DNA of 64,000 nucleotides from Clostridia bacterium (GTDB lineage Bacteria > Bacillota > Clostridia > Oscillospirales > Acutalibacteraceae), in the NCBI GenBank assembly GCA_017416285.1, contig JAFQCU010000001.1, forward strand, positions 26,556 to 90,555, read 5' to 3'. Below are positions 45,601 to 53,618 of the stretch, in pieces. Positions within the stretch are counted from its first letter, which is position 1; each line of letters starts with the position of its first letter. The position numbers and the translations under genes are program-made. The notes under the pieces were generated by a model. That model was given only the letters and a program-made list of their open reading frames with translations, had not been told where the DNA came from and ran no database searches.

Positions 45601-47998
45601 GCTTAAGATAATTGTTATAATCATCTTTTTTAATAGTAAGACCGCTAAAGTTAGTTTCGGTACCTTCTACTACATTGCCTTTATCGTCAAGAAGCTTAAA
45701 GTTATCGATATAACCCTTAAAGCCGCCGTAAACGTAAAGAATGTGGTTACCGCTTTTAGCACCGTCAGCAATAGTGATTGTGCTTGTAGTGGTTTGCCAA
45801 GTGTTAAGTTGTAAATCAGGTTTCCACCAGTTACCTTGAGTTGAACCATTTGCCTGACCGCTTGCAGTACGGAAGTGGAAAAGATTAGAACTGTTAGGCA
45901 TCTTGATAGGATAAACGTCAAAGCTTACGGTATAGGTCTTACCTGCTTGAAGCTTGTTGTAATAGCTTTCCATACCCAATTCGTTGAACCAGAAGTTTCT
46001 GTTATCACTGCCGTTGTCAGAAACCTTTGTGGTATCGATAAGCATTACGTAGTTATCCTCAGCTTCGCTTGAACCGCCTAAGTCACCAATATTGGGAACG
46101 TCGCCAACAGTGATTTTTTCAAATTCACAGGTTGTACGACCTACGTATGAAGCGAAATCTAATTCAGTACCGTCTTGTGTGAGCTCAACGTTCCAAATAT
46201 AAAGCTCATCAGCACCATCTCTTTCTGCTAACCAAAACGAAGGAGAGTTCACACTTAATTCGAAGCTGTTTACACCTGCTTGAAGGTTTCCGGCTTCATT
46301 TCCATCACTAGAACCATAAACTTTAATTCTACCACTTTTAAGATAGTAGTCAAATTTTATAGTAGCTTTATACGCCTTACTGCTATCATAACTTGTGCGG
46401 AACGCTTCACCTGAATCGAATGTCATTTTATACGCAGGTGCAGTTAAATCAACTGCACTGCCGCTGCCGCTATTGCCTGAATTGTTGTCAGGTTCTTCAT
46501 AATTTGCACCGGGAATATCTGCGAAAGAAATTTCTTCAAATTCACAAGTGGTACGGTCGGTTCTGTTAGCCATCTTGGCAGGGTTGCCATCGGTAACAAT
46601 CTTAACGTTCCAAATATAAATTACTGCATTTTCGGTTGCAGTTAATTTAAGAGATTTGGTGTTTTTATCAGCTGTAAAGGTATGACTTCCAACACCGGGG
46701 GTAAGCTCGGTATCAAGGTTGCCAACGTTAGCTGAACCTGCAGTAACCTTGCCCTTTGAAAGATAATAATCAAAGCTATAAGTAATTTTATCGTTGCAAG
46801 GAGTATCAGAAGTTCTGAAAATTTCGTCCTTGTCCATAGTAAGTTTATATGCAGGATATGTTTTAGCCACAATTTCCTTAGGTAATTCAACAATCTTTGC
46901 ACCGTTACTTACATTATTAAGATGGGTTTCATCAATATTAAACGAGAATATTACAGTACCTGTCGCATCCTTAACCTTAAAGTTATCTAAATAACCTTTG
47001 AATGCAGAATTACCTTCGCTTATAATATGGAAATAAACACCTGCTAAATTTTCGGTTGTAGTAATTGGGAATGAATAATGTGTCCATTCATTTAACTTTG
47101 TAGGTGCTTCATTCCATACCTGACCGTTGGGAATTGCATGGTCGGTATTCATATGTGCTTTAACGCCGTTAAATACAACTCTATGACCTAAAGTAAGCGC
47201 ATAAACGTCAAACTCTACAGTATAGGTGTTGCCTTTCACAAGTGAAAGACCTTGCATACCAAGTGAGGTAAGCCAAAAGCTGTTGCTGCTTGAATTATCA
47301 AAGTAGGCAACATAGTCGGGTTCGCCGTTAAATGAGGGGCCTGTTGGCTTCATGCTGCCGCCTGCAAGCTGAGCAAGAGTACCGTATGCGAATACACCGC
47401 CGCCGCTGTAGCTGCCGCATGCTGTAGCCAAATCAAGATTAACCTTCTTGCCGTCTTCGCCGATAATTGAAAAATCTTCAATTAAAGCACTTGCAGAGGT
47501 GAAAGCTGAAAAATCAAGTTTATCACTTCCCTCTTTTGCGGTAAAGGTAAAATGGAAATTAGTCCATTCTTCAGCAGAAGCATTGTCATTAGTAGCAAAA
47601 GCTTCTACCGATGCTTCATTACCGCCGTATACCTTAATACCGAACATTTTGCCGTCGCTTGCCTTAGAAAGACCCATGGCATAAATATCCATATCTACGG
47701 TATACTTTTTGCCCGCTTGGAGCTGTAATCCGTTTACTGTAAGGGTTACAGTTTCTTCAGTAGCATTGCTTGCGTAAAAATAAAGTTTATCTGCATTATC
47801 TTGACCACCGATTGTAAAGTGGTCGTTACCGTCTACGATATCGCCGGCATCTTCGCCTTGGAAATCAATAATCTCGCCTTCTGCAGCATTTACGTTAAAA
47901 AGCAATGCGCTTAAAGGCAAAGAAGCCATCAAAATCGCAACGGCACATAAAACACTTATAATTTTTTTAGTGTTTAAATTCAAAAATTTAAAATTCAT
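42698..47998 (-). CDS. 1766-aa cell-surface multi-CBM-like glycan-binding protein with a C-terminal TM anchor and no recognisable catalytic domain
   Basis: Signal peptide aa 1-38. About 10 beta-sandwich modules end in [GW][YF][LIF]D[ND]F-type motifs, as in CBM4_9/22-like domains. One InlB-B/Listeria-Bacteroides-type repeat spans aa 1262-1327. TM helix (nt 42722-42805) plus a KKRKKN tail. No LPXTG. Confidence 0.7.
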   Translation of the reverse strand: MNFKFLNLNTKKIISVLCAVAILMASLPLSALLFNVNAAEGEIIDFQGEDAGDIVDGNDHFTIGGQDNADKLYFYASNATEETVTLTVNGLQLQAGKKYTVDMDIYAMGLSKASDGKMFGIKVYGGNEASVEAFATNDNASAEEWTNFHFTFTAKEGSDKLDFSAFTSASALIEDFSIIGEDGKKVNLDLATACGSYSGGGVFAYGTLAQLAGGSMKPTGPSFNGEPDYVAYFDNSSSNSFWLTSLGMQGLSLVKGNTYTVEFDVYALTLGHRVVFNGVKAHMNTDHAIPNGQVWNEAPTKLNEWTHYSFPITTTENLAGVYFHIISEGNSAFKGYLDNFKVKDATGTVIFSFNIDETHLNNVSNGAKIVELPKEIVAKTYPAYKLTMDKDEIFRTSDTPCNDKITYSFDYYLSKGKVTAGSANVGNLDTELTPGVGSHTFTADKNTKSLKLTATENAVIYIWNVKIVTDGNPAKMANRTDRTTCEFEEISFADIPGANYEEPDNNSGNSGSGSAVDLTAPAYKMTFDSGEAFRTSYDSSKAYKATIKFDYYLKSGRIKVYGSSDGNEAGNLQAGVNSFELSVNSPSFWLAERDGADELYIWNVELTQDGTELDFASYVGRTTCEFEKITVGDVPNIGDLGGSSEAEDNYVMLIDTTKVSDNGSDNRNFWFNELGMESYYNKLQAGKTYTVSFDVYPIKMPNSSNLFHFRTASGQANGSTQGNWWKPDLQLNTWQTTTSTITIADGAKSGNHILYVYGGFKGYIDNFKLLDDKGNVVEGTETNFSGLTIKKDDYNNYLKLEKEKTNNTTVKPSEPNYAIYIDNSANDIQSGQIWFNLLGVPEMSLTPGKTYTLKFDNYALNESFKGHCYVGVHNTGGGITGQNWWDTSDKLNEWATQSVNFTPTGDKALAYHTLYVGAGFKGYLDNFCVYDGDTEVARLTFDETNEGKTSAGATVVKLPAKIDPDYVPSGNLSGLEIAILKGKAGKDGASITLGGAKSPLTLEKNKTYKLIFKYYQANPTASGELNLFGVKFIESALGKANDVTWFKKNNADGWTEVKVVFSTGNITNASADWFQLVLNPDAWVFFDDFTVEETEIDNNKVVTKLTFDDKDDSIYPYFKQAEAVFEHSSEKGGTFKVVNATEYTNTSKNSNQTYVFKGIKMKSNTTYKVSLDYYVEAPFTDYAAAFGYDKKNLGMGSDTQWSFINNVGTRGWNTVTFTLTTGEVVPNAQYFKLVIYDVNDSSEPRTMWFDNFTLTEQYSIETSPNDATLGTVTKSFGVQAGDDARVVANAFEGATFEGWYEYGDLVSTNKTYRLNDISDNHKLEARFSGKAKPGTVIVQGFEDYELGDIGFEYYEIVNDPKNVLEGKQSLHAKPGKIMESIETSIFFPVVSNKEFQMKDDYTYDVYVWIKPAQPAENVYYYAFLGSNTRDQSDMLQSGEYAYIGVSTNIKPQKASALEENNGWYKYLLGTVTKDHTDKDGFCFQICKFHANRNEGASVDDIYIDRVELVERTPDFENLKYTEKFFNEVSNSHFEEEVTNENWGPLTDGATVEKVTNKEHDWQQNYQFKFDAAASNGKEYVRVIPLSKQNKNYTFAAWTKLSKGSDITVGLYSDGEYTVFENIKNGETGKLPMKDDGKWNRVNFSFNSGSSKDAYLVIKGTKGTLELDMVEIFVAERGFKVDPNTYGDYKTAFQETDPIAFPDKVITEEVLVEEGSEGTNNKKYLITREWVGPSVLVIVLSIIGGVLVVGAAAVVLIVILAKKRKKN
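46103..46858 (-). repeat. Diverged tandem duplication of a ~113-aa module inside the giant surface protein (aa 381-495 and 520-632)
   Basis: Both copies share AYK.T.D..E.FRTS, FDYYL, YIWNV and RTTCEFE.I. They are separated by an NSGNSGSGS linker. Confidence 0.6.
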
Positions 47999-48028
47999 TA
48001 ATTACACCTCTCGTTTAGGTTAGCTTGC

Positions 48029-48051
48029 CGCACCGCAACTTGTGCGGTGCG
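48029..48051 (-). promoter_or_regulatory. GC-rich intercistronic hairpin after the SBP gene
   Basis: CGCACCGCA-acttg-TGCGGTGCG (9 bp). No U tract. Nested within a possible SD-sequestering helix (48007-48014 / 48052-48059). Confidence 0.55.
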
Positions 48052-48069
48052 ACGGGAGGATTAAATTTA

Positions 48070-49431
48070 TTATTTAACTGCTTTATTTGCCTTGTTTACT
48101 GCGAAATCAAAATTAGTTGCATAAGACTTAACCTTTGAAGTTACCTGTGCGGCATCGGTAAGCACGATGTTATGGCAAACGTTTGCAAAGTCAACCTGTG
48201 CACCGTTGTTTACAACACCTTCACTTATAGAAACACGCTTATCCATCTTAGCCAACTCATTAAAGGTCTTTTCAAGGTTTTTGTTAATAAAGTTGTCAGA
48301 CATACTATAGTTCTGCGGATCAAGGAAGTAACGCAAGAAGTGTGCTGCACCCTCAGAGTTTTTAGCACCCTTAAGTATGCCAAATAAGCAAGAGTCAACA
48401 AGTGCTACCTGCTTCTGACCCTTAGGCATGGGGAACGGAACTGCGTCAATAGTATCAGACATTTGACTAAACTTAGTATCAGATTCCTTAAACATAGCAT
48501 AAGTAATTACAGAGAACATTGCAGCTTCACCTGAACGGAAGTGAGGCACACCATAGGTATCGTCGCCCATAATCTTATACTTGGTTCTAAATTCGTTGTA
48601 ATATTTAATGTTATTCAAAAGCTTAGCATCAGAAAGGTTACTCTTAAACTTGGTGCCGTCATAGGTAATAAAGTCAGTACCGGCAGCCTGTAGCCAGTAT
48701 GTCATATAGCCTGTACCACGGTTTATATAGCCATAAACCTGAGCGCCGTTTTCCTTATAGGTCATAGCCTTTGCAGCATCAAGGAAGGTATCCCAATTCC
48801 AGTTGCCTGCTTCCCAAAGCTGGCGAGGTGTTTTAACGCCACGGTTTTTAAACATGGTTTCGTTAAAGTACATAGCAACGAATTCATTAGTATGACCGCC
48901 CACGATGTTTACACCGTAATATTTGCCGTTAATCTTCTGAGTATCCATCAATGCCTTATCCCAAGCGGGGTCGCTGAAGTCAAAGCCCTTAATATCATTT
49001 AAAGGCTGCATAATGCTTGTGGGTCTGCCGGGGAAGTTAATGTTATTAAACATTGCAATATCGTAACCTTCCTTAGCAGCCAAGGAAGCAGAAATAAGTT
49101 CAGCATAAACGCCACCTGCATTTGCCGCAAACTTAAACTGAACCTTCATACCGGTTTGCTTTTCAAAGCTTGCAACAACTGCTTTTTCATCATTTGTTAA
49201 CGGACGCCAGAAAAGCACCTTAACGGTTGTGCCCTTGAGGTTGGTGGGAACTTCAGTAACAATGTCCTGTGTGGCATTATTGCCTGTGCTACCGCCATTG
49301 TCGCCGCCATTTTCACCGGGAACTTCTTCATAATAAGAAGAGGTTGTGCCGCCGTTATCACAGCCTGCAAAGCAAAGAACCATTGCAAAAACCATAATAA
49401 GGGCTACGATTTTTTTAAGATCAAATTTCAT
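48070..49431 (-). CDS. CUT1-family ABC transporter substrate-binding lipoprotein
   Basis: Signal/lipobox MKFDLKKIVALIMVFAMVLCFAGC, a Gly/Ser-rich tether, and SBP family-1 length. Start is ambiguous (ATG 49431 preferred; 49443 and 49452 are possible). Confidence 0.8.
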   Translation of the reverse strand: MKFDLKKIVALIMVFAMVLCFAGCDNGGTTSSYYEEVPGENGGDNGGSTGNNATQDIVTEVPTNLKGTTVKVLFWRPLTNDEKAVVASFEKQTGMKVQFKFAANAGGVYAELISASLAAKEGYDIAMFNNINFPGRPTSIMQPLNDIKGFDFSDPAWDKALMDTQKINGKYYGVNIVGGHTNEFVAMYFNETMFKNRGVKTPRQLWEAGNWNWDTFLDAAKAMTYKENGAQVYGYINRGTGYMTYWLQAAGTDFITYDGTKFKSNLSDAKLLNNIKYYNEFRTKYKIMGDDTYGVPHFRSGEAAMFSVITYAMFKESDTKFSQMSDTIDAVPFPMPKGQKQVALVDSCLFGILKGAKNSEGAAHFLRYFLDPQNYSMSDNFINKNLEKTFNELAKMDKRVSISEGVVNNGAQVDFANVCHNIVLTDAAQVTSKVKSYATNFDFAVNKANKAVK

Positions 49432-49482
49432 TTCAAAATACATCCCTTTCAAAATTTATATAATAAATCCTTAATGGATAAA

Positions 49483-50460
49483 TTAACCAACAATACCAAC
49501 GCTGTCAATGCTCTTAATAAACTTCTTTTGAAGGATAAGATACATTATTAAAACAGGAAGAATAAACAACATACAGCTTGCCATAGCAACACCTGTGTGT
49601 GAATTTATAGCATCGCCGCCACGTAGCTTTATTAATTCCATAATGCCTGATAAAACCACGGCTAGAGGTTGGTTTTCATTGAAATAAAGTGCTGTGAGAT
49701 AATATTCATTCCAGTGCCAAATTATTGAAAGAATGGTTACTGTCAAAATTGCAACGCTAGAAGACGGTACAATAATTCTTACGAAGGTACCGATAGGACC
49801 TGCACCATCTATCCAAGCAGCTTCTTCCAATTCTTTAGGAATACCCTTAAGGAACTGGATATAAATCATAATAAACAAGCCCGACTGATAACCAACACCA
49901 AAAATTGAAGGTAGATAGAAAGTAAACGGAGTGTTTATAAGATTTATAGTTAGGTCTTTTCCGATAAGGTCACCTATTATTGAGGTAATACCGAAAAAGT
50001 CGAAATTACGGAAATTTACATACTGTGCCAAGAAGGTCATTCTTACGGGAACCAAAATTGTTATAAGCAAAAGTGCATAAAGAATTTTGCGTTCGGGAAA
50101 TTTAAACCTTGCAAAGCCGTAAGCCGCAACGCCGCAGGCGGCCACCTCAAGAAAGGCGCTTAATACCATAATTGATACGGTATTAAGGAAGGTTTTTAAA
50201 TAATCCATAACATGAAATGCATCAATATAGTTTTGGTAGAAGAAGGTGGTCGGTATCCACGAAACGCTTGTATTCATAAAGTCGGATTGGTTTTTAAGCG
50301 AGTTCGAGATTATTTGAAAAAGCGGTGATAATACCGTAAAGCCAACCGCAATCAGCATTGCATAGCGGAATAAGGAAACTGCTACTTTTGATGCAACCTT
50401 TTTATATTCGTAATTCGATTTAAGGTTCTTTTTTAATGTTAAGCCTTTCAAATGTGCCAC
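49483..50460 (-). CDS. Carbohydrate ABC transporter permease (MalG-like)
   Basis: 325 aa, 6 TM, EAA loop PKELEEAAWIDGAGPIGTF. Confidence 0.85.
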   Translation of the reverse strand: MAHLKGLTLKKNLKSNYEYKKVASKVAVSLFRYAMLIAVGFTVLSPLFQIISNSLKNQSDFMNTSVSWIPTTFFYQNYIDAFHVMDYLKTFLNTVSIMVLSAFLEVAACGVAAYGFARFKFPERKILYALLLITILVPVRMTFLAQYVNFRNFDFFGITSIIGDLIGKDLTINLINTPFTFYLPSIFGVGYQSGLFIMIYIQFLKGIPKELEEAAWIDGAGPIGTFVRIIVPSSSVAILTVTILSIIWHWNEYYLTALYFNENQPLAVVLSGIMELIKLRGGDAINSHTGVAMASCMLFILPVLIMYLILQKKFIKSIDSVGIVG

Positions 50461-50464
50461 CTCC

Positions 50465-51367
50465 TTAATTCCATTTCTTCATAAGAATTCGGTTATACGC
50501 TAAAAGAATTAACGCACCGACAGCGCCAACCACAACAAAGTAAGCCCAAAGTATTGCTGCACTTTGGTCATATACGCTGTTTTTACTTATAAGGTCATAT
50601 GCCTGCTTCATTATTGGGTTGTCAAATGCCGTAAACAGGTCAACAATAGTGTAAACCAACACAAGGAAGGTTACGTTGCCAAGCATTGGGAAGGTAACAA
50701 ACCAAAATTCTTCCCAAGTGGTTGCGCCTTCGATTTTTGATACCTCATAAAGCTGGTCAGGAATTGACTGAAGACCCGCAACAAACAAAAGTATCTGAAT
50801 ACCGCAGCTCCACACAAGGTTAAATACCCTTGCAATATAATCAGACAAAAGCTCGGTTATTGACTGCGGAAGACCAAGGTTTATAAGCAACTCGTCAAAC
50901 CTTATGCCTGAATAGGATTCGGTTTCGCCCATAGACGTGCTGAGTGCCGCACCTTCTTGAAGCGCAGCGCCTGTTACGAACTGCATTACAACACCTGTTG
51001 CAATAATTACGGGAAGGAAAAATACCGCACGGGCAAAAATTCTTCCCCTGAATTTTTGATTAAGTATAATAGCAAAAATTAAACTTAAAGCTACAATAAT
51101 CGGTAATGAGTATACAAAAGATGTAACCGCATCCTTAATGTTATCCATAAAGTTGGGATCATCATTTATAAGATACTTAAAATGCTCAAAACCGACAAAC
51201 GATAACATTTTATCGTTAACAAGTGAAACGTTACAAAATGCATAAGCAATTGAACTAAACAGCGGAACCAAAAAGAAAAGTAATAAACCGATAGTCCAAG
51301 GTAGAACGAACATTCTGCCATAACGAACCTTTAAACGCTCAATACCGGTTACTTTTTTATTACGCAT
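50465..51367 (-). CDS. Carbohydrate ABC transporter permease (MalF-like)
   Basis: 300 aa, EAA-type loop LYEVSKIEGATTWEEFWFVTFP. Confidence 0.85.
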   Translation of the reverse strand: MRNKKVTGIERLKVRYGRMFVLPWTIGLLLFFLVPLFSSIAYAFCNVSLVNDKMLSFVGFEHFKYLINDDPNFMDNIKDAVTSFVYSLPIIVALSLIFAIILNQKFRGRIFARAVFFLPVIIATGVVMQFVTGAALQEGAALSTSMGETESYSGIRFDELLINLGLPQSITELLSDYIARVFNLVWSCGIQILLFVAGLQSIPDQLYEVSKIEGATTWEEFWFVTFPMLGNVTFLVLVYTIVDLFTAFDNPIMKQAYDLISKNSVYDQSAAILWAYFVVVGAVGALILLAYNRILMKKWN

Positions 51368-51408
51368 ATTCTCATCCTTTCTAAAAGTAAGTAAACATCA
51401 AATTACAA

Positions 51409-53607
51409 TTAACGGTATACAAAGCTTTCAGCCTCAACCACACCAAAGGGGGTTTCAACCGCCTTATCAGTGTAATTAACAATAACCGAGGTACCGTTTT
51501 CAAAATCGGTCTGGTTAACACCGTCAGAAAGTATTGTATGCTTTTTAATTGTTGTACCCGAAACCTTTTCTAAAAGGGTGGACAACTCAGTGTAATTTTC
51601 AAAAATGTTTTCCTTATAATCAGAATAAACGCTTTTTGCCAAAACGCTGTCATTCAAGCGGAATTTTGCATTAAAGTTATTGCTTACTGTGTAAAGCAAG
51701 CCACAGCCCGTTTCAGCCGAGCTTAAAACTTCCAGTCTGGAATTTTTAGCTGTATTAACCGATTCGGAAGCTATGGGAACAAGTCCCTTAAATACCATAC
51801 GATAGAAGGGTACCTGAGCATCAAGCGTCGTAAAGCCCGAATGTGTAGAAGGTGTTGCAATTATATGTGATGAATAAACCGCTGCATAAGCATTTGCACT
51901 TTCAGTTAAAAGTCCGGTTTTGCCCTTGCCTGAAAGTATGGCCGAAACATCACTGTCAAGGTTGCCCTTTGAATAATATTTGGGACTTTCATAATCGGAA
52001 TATGCCATCGAACCGAGAGTTGAAAGCGATAAACCGAAAATTTCGTTATCAGTTGTGGTTTTCAAAGCCTTATTAAAGGCATCGCCGATTCTATCCCTTG
52101 CAAGAAGGTTATAACGGCCCTTCGCCTCATTAATGTTAGAAGCAGCAACCGCATAATAATACTGATAAGCTGTACCGCCGTTTTCAGCCTTTGCTGAATC
52201 GGCAATTTTTGTAAAGCCAACACCGGAAGAAGCAAAACTTAAAAGGTCAAAGTCAAAGTAAACGTCGCAAAGACCGCCAAGAGTTTTAACATCGCTCCAC
52301 TTACCAAGCTTTTTATTAATCTTAAAGCCGCCACCGATTTTACCTACTTCCAAGCCTGTTGCACCAAAGCCCTTTAGCTGAACAACCGGCTTAACACCTG
52401 TGTTTTTAGTAATATCAGCCACAATTTCCTGTGCCTGTTTTAAGGTTGTAGCGCTTTCAAGGGTTTTATAAGGAACGCCCACAAAGGATTTTTCAGTCAT
52501 AGCGCCGCCTAAAACCTGTAAATAAATAGCAGAATCCTTACCGTTATATTTGGTATTAAATTTTTCGGAAATATAATCACGGTAAAGCTTTGCCATACCC
52601 GAATATCCCGAATCTTCACCACTAAGCGGATAGTAAGCTACTGTACAGTTGCCGTCTACAAGACCATCACTGTAGGCATTTACATAGTTATAAAAACCAC
52701 TTGCCATTGCAACCTTTTCGGTGTTACGGCCACGAACCGAGAATACAGCACGTGCACCCGAATAACCGATTGTGCTATCCCCTGCTGTTGCCTTCACGTC
52801 ACAGGAAGCCGCACCCTCTTCAATTATTGCAAAGAGTGAATTTTCACCACGTGTAACACCAAATACAGGAAGTGAGGCATTATAAATGTTTTCGCTTATA
52901 TGTTCGGTAAAAATAGCTAAATCGTTACCGTATACCGTTTCCTGATAACCACGTTCAGCACCATCACGCTCATCGGCATACATTAAAGCGCCGCTGCCAG
53001 AAGGAACAAAAACATAGCTGTCTTTTTCATCACTTGCAGGAATTGCTGCAAGGAAGGGTGCAATTTCCACCTGATAAACCTTATTGGTATTTTCCAAAAT
53101 ACCCAAGGTATCAACCGTTACAGTAAAATGGTCATCATAAAGCTTGTAAATAAGCGGAACAGAAATTTCAACATTGTTGAAGAAATAACCAATTTGCACA
53201 CCGTTTTCGATTTGCTTTACAGTTATAAAGCCATCGTCCTGTACGGCGGCACCGTTAACGGTTTTTAGTGAATTATTGGGTGGGGTTGTATAAGTAACAA
53301 TTAGAGGAGAGTTAAATAAAACCTCTGCTCTGGCACCGGCTTCAATACCGTTATAAAAATCATTAGGTATTGTAGACCAGATATAGCCATTCTTTTTATT
53401 GACAACCACCACACAGGATTTTTCATTATCCCAACGCATTTCAAGATTATCGTTTTCAGCAACAACCGTGCTTTCAAGTGTGTTGACACGAATATTTGAT
53501 ATATACTTGCCAACCGCACGGGGCTTTTGCATGCCGCAGGCAGTAAGGCTTAAAAGCATCAAGGATAAAACCATTAAAACTGAAATTATTCGTTTTGTTT
53601 TTAACAC
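51409..53607 (-). CDS. 732-aa lipoprotein, DUF5696-like, function unknown
   Basis: GTG start with SD AGGGGG. Lipobox LSLTAC. No motif I can assign. The DUF label comes from memory of similar genes found next to Yip1/ABC genes. Confidence 0.5.
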   Translation of the reverse strand: MLKTKRIISVLMVLSLMLLSLTACGMQKPRAVGKYISNIRVNTLESTVVAENDNLEMRWDNEKSCVVVVNKKNGYIWSTIPNDFYNGIEAGARAEVLFNSPLIVTYTTPPNNSLKTVNGAAVQDDGFITVKQIENGVQIGYFFNNVEISVPLIYKLYDDHFTVTVDTLGILENTNKVYQVEIAPFLAAIPASDEKDSYVFVPSGSGALMYADERDGAERGYQETVYGNDLAIFTEHISENIYNASLPVFGVTRGENSLFAIIEEGAASCDVKATAGDSTIGYSGARAVFSVRGRNTEKVAMASGFYNYVNAYSDGLVDGNCTVAYYPLSGEDSGYSGMAKLYRDYISEKFNTKYNGKDSAIYLQVLGGAMTEKSFVGVPYKTLESATTLKQAQEIVADITKNTGVKPVVQLKGFGATGLEVGKIGGGFKINKKLGKWSDVKTLGGLCDVYFDFDLLSFASSGVGFTKIADSAKAENGGTAYQYYYAVAASNINEAKGRYNLLARDRIGDAFNKALKTTTDNEIFGLSLSTLGSMAYSDYESPKYYSKGNLDSDVSAILSGKGKTGLLTESANAYAAVYSSHIIATPSTHSGFTTLDAQVPFYRMVFKGLVPIASESVNTAKNSRLEVLSSAETGCGLLYTVSNNFNAKFRLNDSVLAKSVYSDYKENIFENYTELSTLLEKVSGTTIKKHTILSDGVNQTDFENGTSVIVNYTDKAVETPFGVVEAESFVYR

Positions 53608-53618
53608 ATTACCGCCCC

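Noticed and set aside
42698-47998. Repetitive structure of the 5.3-kb region as a CRISPR array, a satellite or a mobile element
   Set aside because: The repeats are diverged protein modules in one uninterrupted reading frame with a signal peptide and a TM anchor. There are no short identical direct repeats with spacers and no transposase or integrase.
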